Part shown: piece by piece, positions 55,258-63,931 of the stretch
Position numbering within the stretch: position 1 is the first letter of the stretch
How the letters are laid out: each line of letters starts with the position of its first letter
NCBI GenBank assembly: GCA_041686695.1
Contig: JAWLDJ010000003.1
Coordinates: forward strand, 1,137 to 65,136
Direction of reading: 5' to 3'
DNA length: 64,000 bases
Origin: Nitriliruptoraceae bacterium
GTDB taxonomy: Bacteria; Actinomycetota; Nitriliruptoria; Nitriliruptorales; Nitriliruptoraceae
The notes under the pieces: model-generated
Databases searched by the model: none
What the model saw: the letters and a program-made list of their open reading frames with translations, nothing else
What the model was told of the DNA's origin: nothing
Position numbers and translations under genes: made by a program

Positions 55258-55409
55258 GCGCAGTGGCCGCCATCCAGCCGGGCGGACCCGACCCGTTCGG
55301 GCCTGGGCCGGTGATCGGCGGCCACTCCGGGTCGGTCGTGGACCGTTCGTAGGTGTCGGTGCACCCGGTGCTGCCTCCACGATGTCCCCACGCGTCGGAT
55401 GGAGGAGTG

Positions 55410-56171
55410 GTGCGACGCACCGCGATGGTCCTGCTCGCTGCGTCGCTGGGCATCGGTGCCTGCGGCGGCGATCCCGACGGATCGGACCCGTCGACACCAC
55501 CACCCGAGGAGGGGGCGGTGCGCCTGGCCTCCGACTTCGAGGGGGGCTCGGACGGCTGGGCCAGCGACATCACCGACTACACCGAGGCGACCCGTCCGGA
55601 CGATGTGCTCTCGGAGACGGAGGTCGCTCCCCCGGGCATCGACGCAGGGACCGGCTTCTTCCATCTCGCGGCCAGCAACCCTTCCGACGACGTGTTCGCC
55701 TACCTGCATCGCGAGGTGACCGCCGACGACGGCCTCGAGGCTGATCGGACCTACACGGCAGCGTTCACGGTGCGGTTCGCCTCCAGCGCGCCCACGGGCT
55801 GCGTCGGTATCGGCGGGGCCCCGGGCGAGTCGGTCTACCTCAAGGTGGGGGCTTCGCCCGAGCAGCCCGTCCCGGTGATGGAGGAGGGTCAGTCCCGGCT
55901 GTCGGTCGACAAGGGCAACCAGGCAGGGGGCGGTGACGCCGCGGTCGTGGCCGGCACCGTCGACAACGGCATCCCGTGCGAGGAGGCACTGGAGTCCGAC
56001 CCACCCCCCTACGCGATGGTGACCCGGACCGGCACGGTCGAGGACGTCACCACCGCCGAGGACGGCTCGCTGTGGCTGTTCGTGGGGACCGACTCAGGCT
56101 TCGAGGGCCGGACCTCGATCTACTACGACCGCATCGAGGTGACGCTGACGCCGACCGATGAGGAGGCGTGA
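55410..56171 (+). CDS. Lipoprotein of unknown function; start uncertain (55353-55425)
   Basis: RRTAMVLLAASLGIGACGG lipobox, then a ~230-aa domain with no motif recognised. Confidence 0.6.
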   Translation: MRRTAMVLLAASLGIGACGGDPDGSDPSTPPPEEGAVRLASDFEGGSDGWASDITDYTEATRPDDVLSETEVAPPGIDAGTGFFHLAASNPSDDVFAYLHREVTADDGLEADRTYTAAFTVRFASSAPTGCVGIGGAPGESVYLKVGASPEQPVPVMEEGQSRLSVDKGNQAGGGDAAVVAGTVDNGIPCEEALESDPPPYAMVTRTGTVEDVTTAEDGSLWLFVGTDSGFEGRTSIYYDRIEVTLTPTDEEA

Positions 56172-56298
56172 ATGCGAGGCGAGGTCACGGCGGCCACGCC
56201 CGCCGCGCCCGATGGCCTCGAGGATCCTCGCTGAGCGCGCCCGTTCGGCACCGTGTCGGGCGGCGGTCGCCGCCGGGGGCAGCGGTGCTCGTCCCTGT

Positions 56299-56328
56299 AT
56301 TCCACGTCGCCATGGAATGGTGTAGAGT
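56299..56328 (+). promoter_or_regulatory. ATTCCA-n8-TGGAAT palindrome plus a TAGAGT -10-like box just upstream of the ArsR-rhodanese ATG
   Basis: Inverted repeat at 56299-56304 / 56313-56318. TAGAGT at 56323-56328 lies only 6 nt from ATG 56335, which suggests a leaderless mRNA. Confidence 0.4.
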
Positions 56329-56334
56329 GATCGC

Positions 56335-57024
56335 ATGAGGTCGCGTGAGGTCAAGGACGAGCTGTACGAGCAGTTCGCGCGTGTGGGCAAGCTCACCGGC
56401 CATCCCAAGCGTCTGGAGTTGCTCGATCTGCTCTGCCAGGGGGAGCGGACCGTCGAGGAGTTGGCGCAGGCAGCCGACCTCAAGCTCACGACCGCCTCCG
56501 CCCAGCTGCAGTCGTTGCGGCAGGCCAGGATCGTCGCGGTCCGCCAGGAGGGCCGCTACGTCCACTACCGCATCGCGGACGACTCGGTCTGCCGGCTCCT
56601 GCAGGCCGTGCAGGAGGTCGCACGGTCCCAGCTGAGCGAGGTGGCCGAGACGGTCCGGGTCCACTTCGAAGCCCGGGATCCCGTCGAGCCGATCGGTGGG
56701 GACGAGCTCCGGCGCCGCCTGGCCACCGGGGACGTCCAGGTCATCGACGTCCGCCCACGTGGCGAGTACGACGCGGGTCACATCGCGGGCGCGGTGTCCG
56801 TCCCCCTCGATGAACTCGAGGACCGGCTCGCCGAGTTCCCCGCCGAGGTCGAGATCGTCGCCTACTGCCGCGGGCCGTACTGTGTCCTCGCGCCCGAAGC
56901 GGTCGAGCAGCTCCACCGGGCTGGTCGCAACGCCCGCCGGCTGGAGGTCGGCTTCCCCGAGTGGCGGTTGGCGGGCGGACCCGTCGCCGCCAGCGCACGA
57001 GACCGAACGGTGGCTCGAAGTTGA
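56335..57024 (+). CDS. ArsR-family HTH regulator fused to a rhodanese domain
   Basis: ArsR region (LELLDLLCQGERTVEELAQAADLKLTTASAQLQSLRQARIV) followed by a rhodanese domain with AYCRGPYC. Confidence 0.88.
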   Translation: MRSREVKDELYEQFARVGKLTGHPKRLELLDLLCQGERTVEELAQAADLKLTTASAQLQSLRQARIVAVRQEGRYVHYRIADDSVCRLLQAVQEVARSQLSEVAETVRVHFEARDPVEPIGGDELRRRLATGDVQVIDVRPRGEYDAGHIAGAVSVPLDELEDRLAEFPAEVEIVAYCRGPYCVLAPEAVEQLHRAGRNARRLEVGFPEWRLAGGPVAASARDRTVARS

Positions 57025-57029
57025 GCGGC

Positions 57030-57779
57030 ATGGGCGGTGTGACGGCGCGCAGGACCGTGATCGGCACCGACCCGGTCCCCTCCTTCGAGCACCTCGTCGT
57101 CGTGAGCGCTCACCCCGACGACGAGACCTTCGGGCTCGGCGGCCTGGTCTCCGCCTTCGTGGCCGCCGGGACCCGTGTCAGCCTCGTGTGCCTCACCTGT
57201 GGGGAGGGCTCCACGCTCGGTGCCTCCTGCGATCTCGCGGATCGCCGCACCCGCGAGCTGCACTGCGCGGCGCAGGTCCTCGGCATCAGCCAGGTCACGA
57301 TCCATCACCACCCCGACGGCGCGCTCGACACCGTCAACCTGGGCCATCTCGTCGCGGATGTGCTCGCTGTCGCCGGCGACGCCGATGGGCTGCTCACCTT
57401 CGACCACGGGGGCATCACCGGCCATCCCGATCATCAGCGTGCGACCGACGCTGCCGTCGCTGCGGCCCGACGCCTGGGCATCCCGGTCCTGGCCTGGGCG
57501 ATCCCCCAGCGCGTCGCGGAGCTCCTACGTCACGAGTACGGGGCGCCCTTCGTCGGCCGGCCGGCGAACGAGATCGACCACGTGGTGGCCGTGGACCGCT
57601 CCGGTCAGTACGCCGCGATGGCCTGCCACGGCAGCCAGCTCGCCGACAACCCCGTGCCCCGACGGCGCATCCACCTCCAAGGCGACCGCGAGTACCTCCG
57701 TCAGCTCCCGGAGCGCCGCCCGGAGAGCCGACCCACCGAACCGACCGCCGCGACCCGGAGGACCCCACGAACGTCCTGA
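57030..57779 (+). CDS. PIG-L / LmbE-family deacetylase
   Basis: Internal Met 57030. Motifs VVSAHPDDETFG and HPDH. Confidence 0.85.
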   Translation: MGGVTARRTVIGTDPVPSFEHLVVVSAHPDDETFGLGGLVSAFVAAGTRVSLVCLTCGEGSTLGASCDLADRRTRELHCAAQVLGISQVTIHHHPDGALDTVNLGHLVADVLAVAGDADGLLTFDHGGITGHPDHQRATDAAVAAARRLGIPVLAWAIPQRVAELLRHEYGAPFVGRPANEIDHVVAVDRSGQYAAMACHGSQLADNPVPRRRIHLQGDREYLRQLPERRPESRPTEPTAATRRTPRTS

Positions 57780-57948
57780 GTGCTGCGGGTCCTGCCTGGA
57801 CGCTCGTGGCCTCAGCGAGGACCAACTCGTCGACGGAGCCCGCTGGTCCCCATGGAGGAGCTCGCCGACTGGACCCTCGATGCCGACCGGATCGTGACCC
57901 TCTGATCCCACCCTCGAGTCGCACGACGCTGACGCTGCCGGCCGTGCC

Positions 57949-58725
57949 TCATCGAAGGACCGGAGGAGCAGGAGGGTGCACGGGCGGCCGGCGAGCGACG
58001 AGCATGAGTTCGTAGTCCCGCTCCGTCGGTGGTTCCCGACGCCAGGCCCCCGCGCCACCGGCCCAGACCGCCTCCACCTCGAAGCCGACCGACGTCGCCA
58101 AGGTGCGCAGGCCGTCCGGCAGGTGGTAGTGCTCGCGGAGTGCCACGCTGCCGCCGTCGGCGAGGTGGTGCTCGGAGGTCTCCGTCAGCGTGAGCAGGTC
58201 GATGGACCCCGTTGGCTCTCCCCGTCGCCATGCCGCCAACAGCCGTGCGGCGTTGAGCGCCGTGAGCACCAGTCGACCGCCAGGTCGGAGGGCACGGTGG
58301 ATCGCCGCGAGGATGGCGCGATCGTGCGCGAGCGGTTCGACCCCGTCTGCGACGAGGCAGAAGGCCCCCTCGCACAGGCTCAGGGCCACGTCGTAGCCGA
58401 CGAGGTGGTCGGGGAGCTCGCGGGCATCGCTCTCGATCAGTTCCACCTGCACACCGGCGGCCCTGGCCCGTTCCCGGGCACGCGCCAGCATGGCTGGTGA
58501 CAGGTCGATACCGGTCACGCGCAGGCCCGCCGCGGCCAGTGGCACCGCGTGGCGACCGGTCCCGCAGCCGACGTCCAGCACGCGGTCCTTCGCTCCGAGG
58601 CCGAGCAGCGTGGTCAGCAGCTCCACCTCGGCGTCGGTGGCCTGTGTGAAGCCCTCATCGTCGTAGTGCTCCGCTGACGCCTCGAAGTAACGGTGCCAGC
58701 TCGACGAACCCGCGCCCCGGTCCAT
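57949..58725 (-). CDS. Class I SAM-dependent methyltransferase
   Basis: ATG 58725 follows GGAGG. Motif I is VLDVGCGTGRH. Confidence 0.88.
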   Translation of the reverse strand: MDRGAGSSSWHRYFEASAEHYDDEGFTQATDAEVELLTTLLGLGAKDRVLDVGCGTGRHAVPLAAAGLRVTGIDLSPAMLARARERARAAGVQVELIESDARELPDHLVGYDVALSLCEGAFCLVADGVEPLAHDRAILAAIHRALRPGGRLVLTALNAARLLAAWRRGEPTGSIDLLTLTETSEHHLADGGSVALREHYHLPDGLRTLATSVGFEVEAVWAGGAGAWRREPPTERDYELMLVARRPPVHPPAPPVLR

Positions 58726-58890
58726 GGCGGTGACCTCCGATGCTTCTCGGCACCGTACTCCGCGGCAGCGTCGGCCAGAACCCAACCGACACCCCCGTGC
58801 TGCACCTAGGCTCGGAGGTCCGACCGTGGCGGTGACCGGCGTCTGCGCTCGGTACCGGCCCGGCGTCGCCCTTCCACCAAGGAGCCTCGT

Positions 58891-59928
58891 ATGAGCACCT
58901 TCGATCCGGACCCTCCCGCGCCTGCGGTCGGTGGGCACCCGGCAGCGCATCTGGTGACCATCAAGCGGTTCCTCTCCGACCGGCAGCCGGCCGAGGCGAG
59001 CGGCGACCTCACCTCCTTGCTGTACGACCTGGCTGTGGCGGGCAAGCTCATCGCGAACAAGACGCGTCGAGCGGGCCTGACCGACATGCTGGGCCGTTCC
59101 GGGGTGACCAACGTGCAGGGCGAGGAGCAGAAGTCCCTCGACGTCTACGCCGACGAGGTCATCTCTGGCCTGCTGGCGCAGGGCGGCCGCGTGTGCGCGT
59201 TGGTCTCCGAGGAGCAGCCGGAGGTCACCGTCTTCGAGGGAGGCGGCCCGTACGTGGTGACCTGCGATCCCCTGGACGGCTCCTCCAACATCGACGCCAA
59301 CGTCAGCATCGGCACGATCTTCGGCGTCTTCCGGCGGCGCGACCAGACCGCGTCACCCACCACCGAGGACTGGCTGCGACCGGGCCGGGACCTGGTGGCT
59401 GCGGGCTACCTGCTGTACTCGACCTCGACGATGTTGGTGTACAGCACCGGTGACGGCGTCCACGCCTTCACCCTGGACCCGGAAGCCGGCGAGTTCCTGC
59501 TGACCTGGTCGGATCTGGAGTTCCCCGGCGACCCGAGCTACTACAGCTTCAACCTGGCTGCTTCGGCCCACTGGGAACGCGGTGTGGAACGCTTCGTGCA
59601 CTGGGCGAACCGTGACGACACCCCGACGATGTCCCAGCGCTACATCGGCTCCGCCGTCTCGGACTTCCACCGCAACCTGTTGCACGGTGGCATCTTCGCC
59701 TACCCCGGGACCGACGAGGAGCCGGCCGGCAAGCTGCGGCTGCTCTACGAGGGCGCGCCGCTGGCCTTCCTGGCCGAGCAGGCCGGCGGGCGGGGCTCCG
59801 ACGGTCGCACCTCGCTGCTGGAGCTCGAGCCGGGTGACATCCACCAGCGCACGCCGGTGTTCGTAGGGGCACTGGAACTGGTCGAACGGCTGGAGGAGTT
59901 CGTCTCGGCGCCACCCAACGAGGCATGA
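58891..59928 (+). CDS. fbp: Fructose-1,6-bisphosphatase, class I
   Basis: 345 aa with family-typical segments (LLYDLAVAGKLIANKTRRAG, DPLDGSSNID, GKLRLLYE). Confidence 0.93.
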   Translation: MSTFDPDPPAPAVGGHPAAHLVTIKRFLSDRQPAEASGDLTSLLYDLAVAGKLIANKTRRAGLTDMLGRSGVTNVQGEEQKSLDVYADEVISGLLAQGGRVCALVSEEQPEVTVFEGGGPYVVTCDPLDGSSNIDANVSIGTIFGVFRRRDQTASPTTEDWLRPGRDLVAAGYLLYSTSTMLVYSTGDGVHAFTLDPEAGEFLLTWSDLEFPGDPSYYSFNLAASAHWERGVERFVHWANRDDTPTMSQRYIGSAVSDFHRNLLHGGIFAYPGTDEEPAGKLRLLYEGAPLAFLAEQAGGRGSDGRTSLLELEPGDIHQRTPVFVGALELVERLEEFVSAPPNEA

Positions 59929-60084
59929 GCACCACCTGAGCGTCCGCACCGTCGTGGTCGGCGGACGCTGCGGCGGGATCGACCGTGGGGACCGTGCTGG
60001 CCTGGCGCTCCAGCCCTGGCCCCGCGCTGCCGATGCACTGGCCGGGACCCGACCGTCCTGCCGCCCCCGTCTCGCGAGGCCGTC

Positions 60085-61635
60085 GTGACCGCCGCGTTGG
60101 AAATCGCCGTCGACCGGTTCGTGGCCATCGTCGCCGCGGACCTCTCGGGGGCCGACGTCCCCGCTGCTCAGGCGCACACGGACGCGACCGCGGAGGCCGT
60201 GGCCCTGACCGCGGCGTTCATCGATGCGGACGTGCTGCACACCGACAGCGAGGTGGCGGCCTTCATCACCATCGCCGGGCCGAGGGTCGGCCCACCGCTC
60301 CAGGATGCGAGCCTGTCTGACGTCCGTCGTAGCGGCACGCTGACGGGCGCGCGTACACGGCTCAGCCAGACCTCCGAACTCGCGCGACGACTGCTGGCAG
60401 CCGATCGCCGCGACGACGGCGACCGGGTGTGGCGCTACCTGCAGGCCGCTGTCGCGCTCGGCCATGCCGTCGCGGCCGTCGACCTCGAGCCGTCCCAGGT
60501 CGAACTGGACGCCGTGGCCCGGTTCCGACAGTCGTTGTTGGTCACGATCCACGAGGCGGGCGTCAGCACCCCGGATGAGCGCCGCCCCGATGGTGGGTTC
60601 TTCAGCCCGCCGTCGTCCACACCCTCGTCCGTGCCCGCGTCCATGCCCTCGTCCACGCCGTCGTCGCCGGGCTCGTCGCCGATCCCGCCGCCGCGCGCTG
60701 CGTCGCCCGCTCCATCGTCAGCGGGGCGGCCAACCGGGCCGCTTGCGGTGCCGGTCGGCGGCACCGATGGGCCGACGGCCGACGTCGCGGCGGCCCCGGA
60801 GCCGCTGGACGAGGTCCTCGCCGCGCTGGATGCGCTCACCGGCCTGGCTCCGGTCAAGGCCGAGGTACAGATGGTCGCCGACCTGCTGACCGTGCAGCGC
60901 CTGCGCGAGGAACGAGGTCTGCGCACGGTCGCGACCTCCCGCCACCTGGTCTTCACCGGCAACCCCGGGACGGGGAAGACGACGGTGGCCCGGCTGGTCG
61001 GCCGCATCTACGCGAGCCTCGGCGTGGTCTCCAAGGGCCATGTCATCGAGACCGATCGCGCCAGCCTGGTCGCCGGCTACGTCGGCCAGACCGCGACGAG
61101 GGTCAGCGAGGTGGTCACCTCGGCCCTGGACGGTGTGCTCCTGATCGACGAGGCCTACGCCCTGACACGCGGTACCGCTGGGGGAGCTCCCGGCGGGAGC
61201 GACTTCGGGCAGGAAGCCGTGGACGCGCTCGTCAAGCTCATGGAGGATCACCGCGACCGGCTGGTGGTCATCGTCGCCGGGTACCCGCAGGAGATGGCCG
61301 GCTTCATCGCCTCCAACCCTGGGCTGTCCTCGCGGTTCCCCCGCACGATCCACTTCCCCGACTACACCACCGCCGAGTTGCTGGCGATCGCGGGCCACCA
61401 GGCCGAGCGAGCTGGGTACCGCTTCACCGCCGATGGCCTGGCGGCCCTCGAGCGGCACCTGCACGCGGCCCCGCGGGGCAGGGGCTTCGGCAACGCTCGC
61501 GCGGTCCGAAACCTCTTCGAGGCGGCCCTGGCGACCCACGCTCGGCGGGTCGTGCGCACGGTGCATCCCGGTGTCGACCTGCTGACCGAACTCACCGCAG
61601 AGGACGTGGATGCGGCCGTGGCACGGTCGGCCTGA
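60085..61635 (+). CDS. CbxX/CfxQ (SpoVK/EccA-like) AAA+ ATPase with a helical N-terminal domain and a Ser/Pro-rich linker
   Basis: Walker A GNPGTGKTT, Walker B VLLIDEAY, and a GYPQEM segment. The linker is SPPSSTPSSVPASMPSSTPSSPGSSPIPPP. Confidence 0.88.
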   Translation: MTAALEIAVDRFVAIVAADLSGADVPAAQAHTDATAEAVALTAAFIDADVLHTDSEVAAFITIAGPRVGPPLQDASLSDVRRSGTLTGARTRLSQTSELARRLLAADRRDDGDRVWRYLQAAVALGHAVAAVDLEPSQVELDAVARFRQSLLVTIHEAGVSTPDERRPDGGFFSPPSSTPSSVPASMPSSTPSSPGSSPIPPPRAASPAPSSAGRPTGPLAVPVGGTDGPTADVAAAPEPLDEVLAALDALTGLAPVKAEVQMVADLLTVQRLREERGLRTVATSRHLVFTGNPGTGKTTVARLVGRIYASLGVVSKGHVIETDRASLVAGYVGQTATRVSEVVTSALDGVLLIDEAYALTRGTAGGAPGGSDFGQEAVDALVKLMEDHRDRLVVIVAGYPQEMAGFIASNPGLSSRFPRTIHFPDYTTAELLAIAGHQAERAGYRFTADGLAALERHLHAAPRGRGFGNARAVRNLFEAALATHARRVVRTVHPGVDLLTELTAEDVDAAVARSA

Positions 61636-61665
61636 ACCCGGCGTGGCTACCACCTCGCCGTCCGG

Positions 61666-61701
61666 GCGGTCGGCGCGGTCGGCGCGGTCGGCACGGTCGG
61701 C
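61666..61701. repeat. Four tandem 9-bp units (GCGGTCGGC) in an intergenic spacer
   Basis: gcggtcggc x3 followed by acggtcggc, read directly. Confidence 0.7.
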
Positions 61702-61781
61702 GAGAGGAGCATGCACGGTCCACGCGACCGGGCGCGGGGCAGCAGACTCCGGACCCGAGCCCCGGACCACACGCCGGGTGC

Positions 61782-62306
61782 TCAGGGGTCGGGCAGTTCC
61801 CGAGGGATCTGCAGGGCAGCGAGGTGGCAGGAGTCGAACGCGAGCTCGCTCCAGGGACTGGGCACGACCAGTTCCGCCAACGCGCCGGTCGGGAACCCGC
61901 GGGCCAGCAGCTGCCGTGCCGCCGGCTCACCCGTGAGTGCCAGGTCGTGGACGACCGCCTCCAGCCCGGGGTTGTGCCCGACCACCAGCACGCCGGCCAC
62001 GTCGTCACCGACCCGTCGACAGCGGTCGATCCAGGTGTGGTGACCAGCCCCGTACAGCTCGCCGTCGATCGTCACCTGCGCGTGCTCGGGCAGCGCCGCC
62101 CGGATGCCCTCCAGCGTGGCGACCGTGCGCACCGCTGAGGAGCACAGCACCACCTCGATGTCGGGAGCCCGTTCCTCCAGCGCCCGGCGCAAGCGGGGGA
62201 GCGCGTCGTGGCCGCGGCCCGACAACGGCCGCTCGTGGTCCGACAGGCCGCTGTGCTTCCGAGATGACTTCGCGTGCCTGAGGACGAACAGCCGCCGGTC
62301 CTCCAT
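61782..62306 (-). CDS. Histidine phosphatase family protein (SixA-like)
   Basis: MEDRRLFVLRHAKS (RHG-type motif) and a later GHNPG motif. Confidence 0.85.
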   Translation of the reverse strand: MEDRRLFVLRHAKSSRKHSGLSDHERPLSGRGHDALPRLRRALEERAPDIEVVLCSSAVRTVATLEGIRAALPEHAQVTIDGELYGAGHHTWIDRCRRVGDDVAGVLVVGHNPGLEAVVHDLALTGEPAARQLLARGFPTGALAELVVPSPWSELAFDSCHLAALQIPRELPDP

Positions 62307-62354
62307 GTCAGCTCCCATCGCCGTCAGCGTCGGTCGCGGTCAGCGTCGGTCGCG

Positions 62355-63530
62355 TCAGCGCCGATCGACCACCCGTTGGCCGTGCTTCCACACCCCGGTG
62401 ATGGCACCCGGATCGGCCAGCACCGCCACGTCGGTGCTCGGATCGCCGGTGACGGTCAGCACGTCCGCGTCGAAACCCGCCACGAGCCGACCGGTGCGCG
62501 GTGCCCGGGGCCCGAGCGACAGCGGCCCGTTGGCGGTCGCGGCCTCGATCGCCTCCAGCGGGGTGAGGCCGGCCTCGACCAGGAGGCCGAGCTCGTGACC
62601 GTGGCGTCCCCAGGCATCGGGGGCCCCGGGCGTGGAGATCGCGATGTCGGTCCCCATCGCGATGGTCACCCCCTGCTCATGGGCCAGGGCGACCGCGTCA
62701 CGGTGCCGCTCGTTGGTCGCCGCCAGCTTCTCCCACATCGCGTCGGTCAGCGGGCCCTGTCCTGCCGCCATCAGATCGGCCACGATCAACCGCGTCGGTA
62801 CGAGCACGACCCCCCGTTCGACCATCGCAGCACACACCTCCTCGTCGAGGTAGGTGCCGTGCTCGACCGAGCCGACCCCCGCTTCGATGGCGGCCATCAT
62901 CCCGGGCTTGCCGTGACAGTGGGCCATCACCGTGCGCTCGGCCATGGCGGCCACCTCGACGATCGCGCGCAGTTCGGCGTCGGTGAACTGCTGATGGATC
63001 GGGTGGTCGCGCTCGGACAGCACCCCGCCGGAGGCGCACACCTTGATCACGTCGGCGCCGATGCGTAGCTGCTCACGAACCGCGGTCATGCAGCCGTCGA
63101 CGCCGTCGCAGACCCGCAGCGTGCCGTCGTGCGCGGCCAGGTCGTGGAACCACGCGAGGGGGAGGTCGTGGAGGTCGCCGTGGCCGCCGGTGGTCGACAG
63201 GATCGCGCCGGCTCCGTACACGTGGGGTCCGGGGATGCTGCCTTCGCGCACGGCCCGGCCGAGCAGGACCCCCATGCCACCCGCGTCGCGGATCGAGGTG
63301 ACCCCGGCCGCCAACGCGCGTTCGAGGTCCTTGGTCGCCCGTGCGGCCCGTACCGCGATGGGGACCTCGTAGAGCCCGGTCAGGGCCATCTTCTGCAGAC
63401 CGATGAGGTGGGTGTGGCAGTCCCACATGCCGGGCATCACCGTGTCGGCGTGCACCACCTCGGCGTCCGGGGTGTCCGGGGCATCGGCTGCTCGGCCGGC
63501 GAAGGCGATCGTCGCACCGTCCATGACCAC
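62355..63530 (-). CDS. Metal-dependent amidohydrolase (canonical-start model; the true N-terminus probably lies 22 codons upstream, see findings)
   Basis: Motifs MWDCHTHL and HCHG. The coding-like sequence continues upstream to an ATC codon placed 6 nt after GGAGGG. Confidence 0.85.
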   Translation of the reverse strand: MVMDGATIAFAGRAADAPDTPDAEVVHADTVMPGMWDCHTHLIGLQKMALTGLYEVPIAVRAARATKDLERALAAGVTSIRDAGGMGVLLGRAVREGSIPGPHVYGAGAILSTTGGHGDLHDLPLAWFHDLAAHDGTLRVCDGVDGCMTAVREQLRIGADVIKVCASGGVLSERDHPIHQQFTDAELRAIVEVAAMAERTVMAHCHGKPGMMAAIEAGVGSVEHGTYLDEEVCAAMVERGVVLVPTRLIVADLMAAGQGPLTDAMWEKLAATNERHRDAVALAHEQGVTIAMGTDIAISTPGAPDAWGRHGHELGLLVEAGLTPLEAIEAATANGPLSLGPRAPRTGRLVAGFDADVLTVTGDPSTDVAVLADPGAITGVWKHGQRVVDRR

Positions 63531-63786
63531 GACCGCGTCGTCGACGACGGCGCCGCGGCCGGGGAGCAGACGGGTGGCGTGGACTCGTGTGGTGATGGTC
63601 GTCCCTCCGGGCCGGCTGTTACGACCCTAACCGGCAGCCGGTCCGGCGGGGAGCCGTCGGGAGCGTGCCGATCGCAACGCATCGACCAGGCTTCGGTCGG
63701 TTGGATGCGATCCGCCGGTGCTCGGCACGCGGATCGGGCCGTGCCTGCGAGCGCAACACCCGTGGTGGCCGCGACCCGGATGGTCG

Positions 63787-63807
63787 AGCCCCGGCGACGC
63801 CGGGGCT
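63787..63807. terminator. 9-bp perfect hairpin AGCCCCGGC-gac-GCCGGGGCT
   Basis: Read directly. It lies downstream (minus sense) of the repeat tract and of a partial minus-strand gene. Confidence 0.35.
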
Positions 63808-63809
63808 CC

Positions 63810-63927
63810 CACGGGACGCCGGGACGCCCACGGGACGCCGGGACTCCCCCCACGGGACGCCGACGGGACGCCGCAGCTACTCCCACGGGACCCCCACGGG
63901 ACGCCGGGACTCCCCCCACGGGACGCC
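63810..63927. repeat. Seven copies of (C)ACGGGACGCC with variable 6-12-nt spacers, including a 36-nt higher-order duplicate
   Basis: Copies start near 63810, 63829, 63851, 63863, 63884 (variant), 63895 and 63917. CCCACGGGACGCCGGGACTCCCCCCACGGGACGCCG occurs twice, 65 bp apart. Confidence 0.75.
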
Positions 63928-63931
63928 GCGG

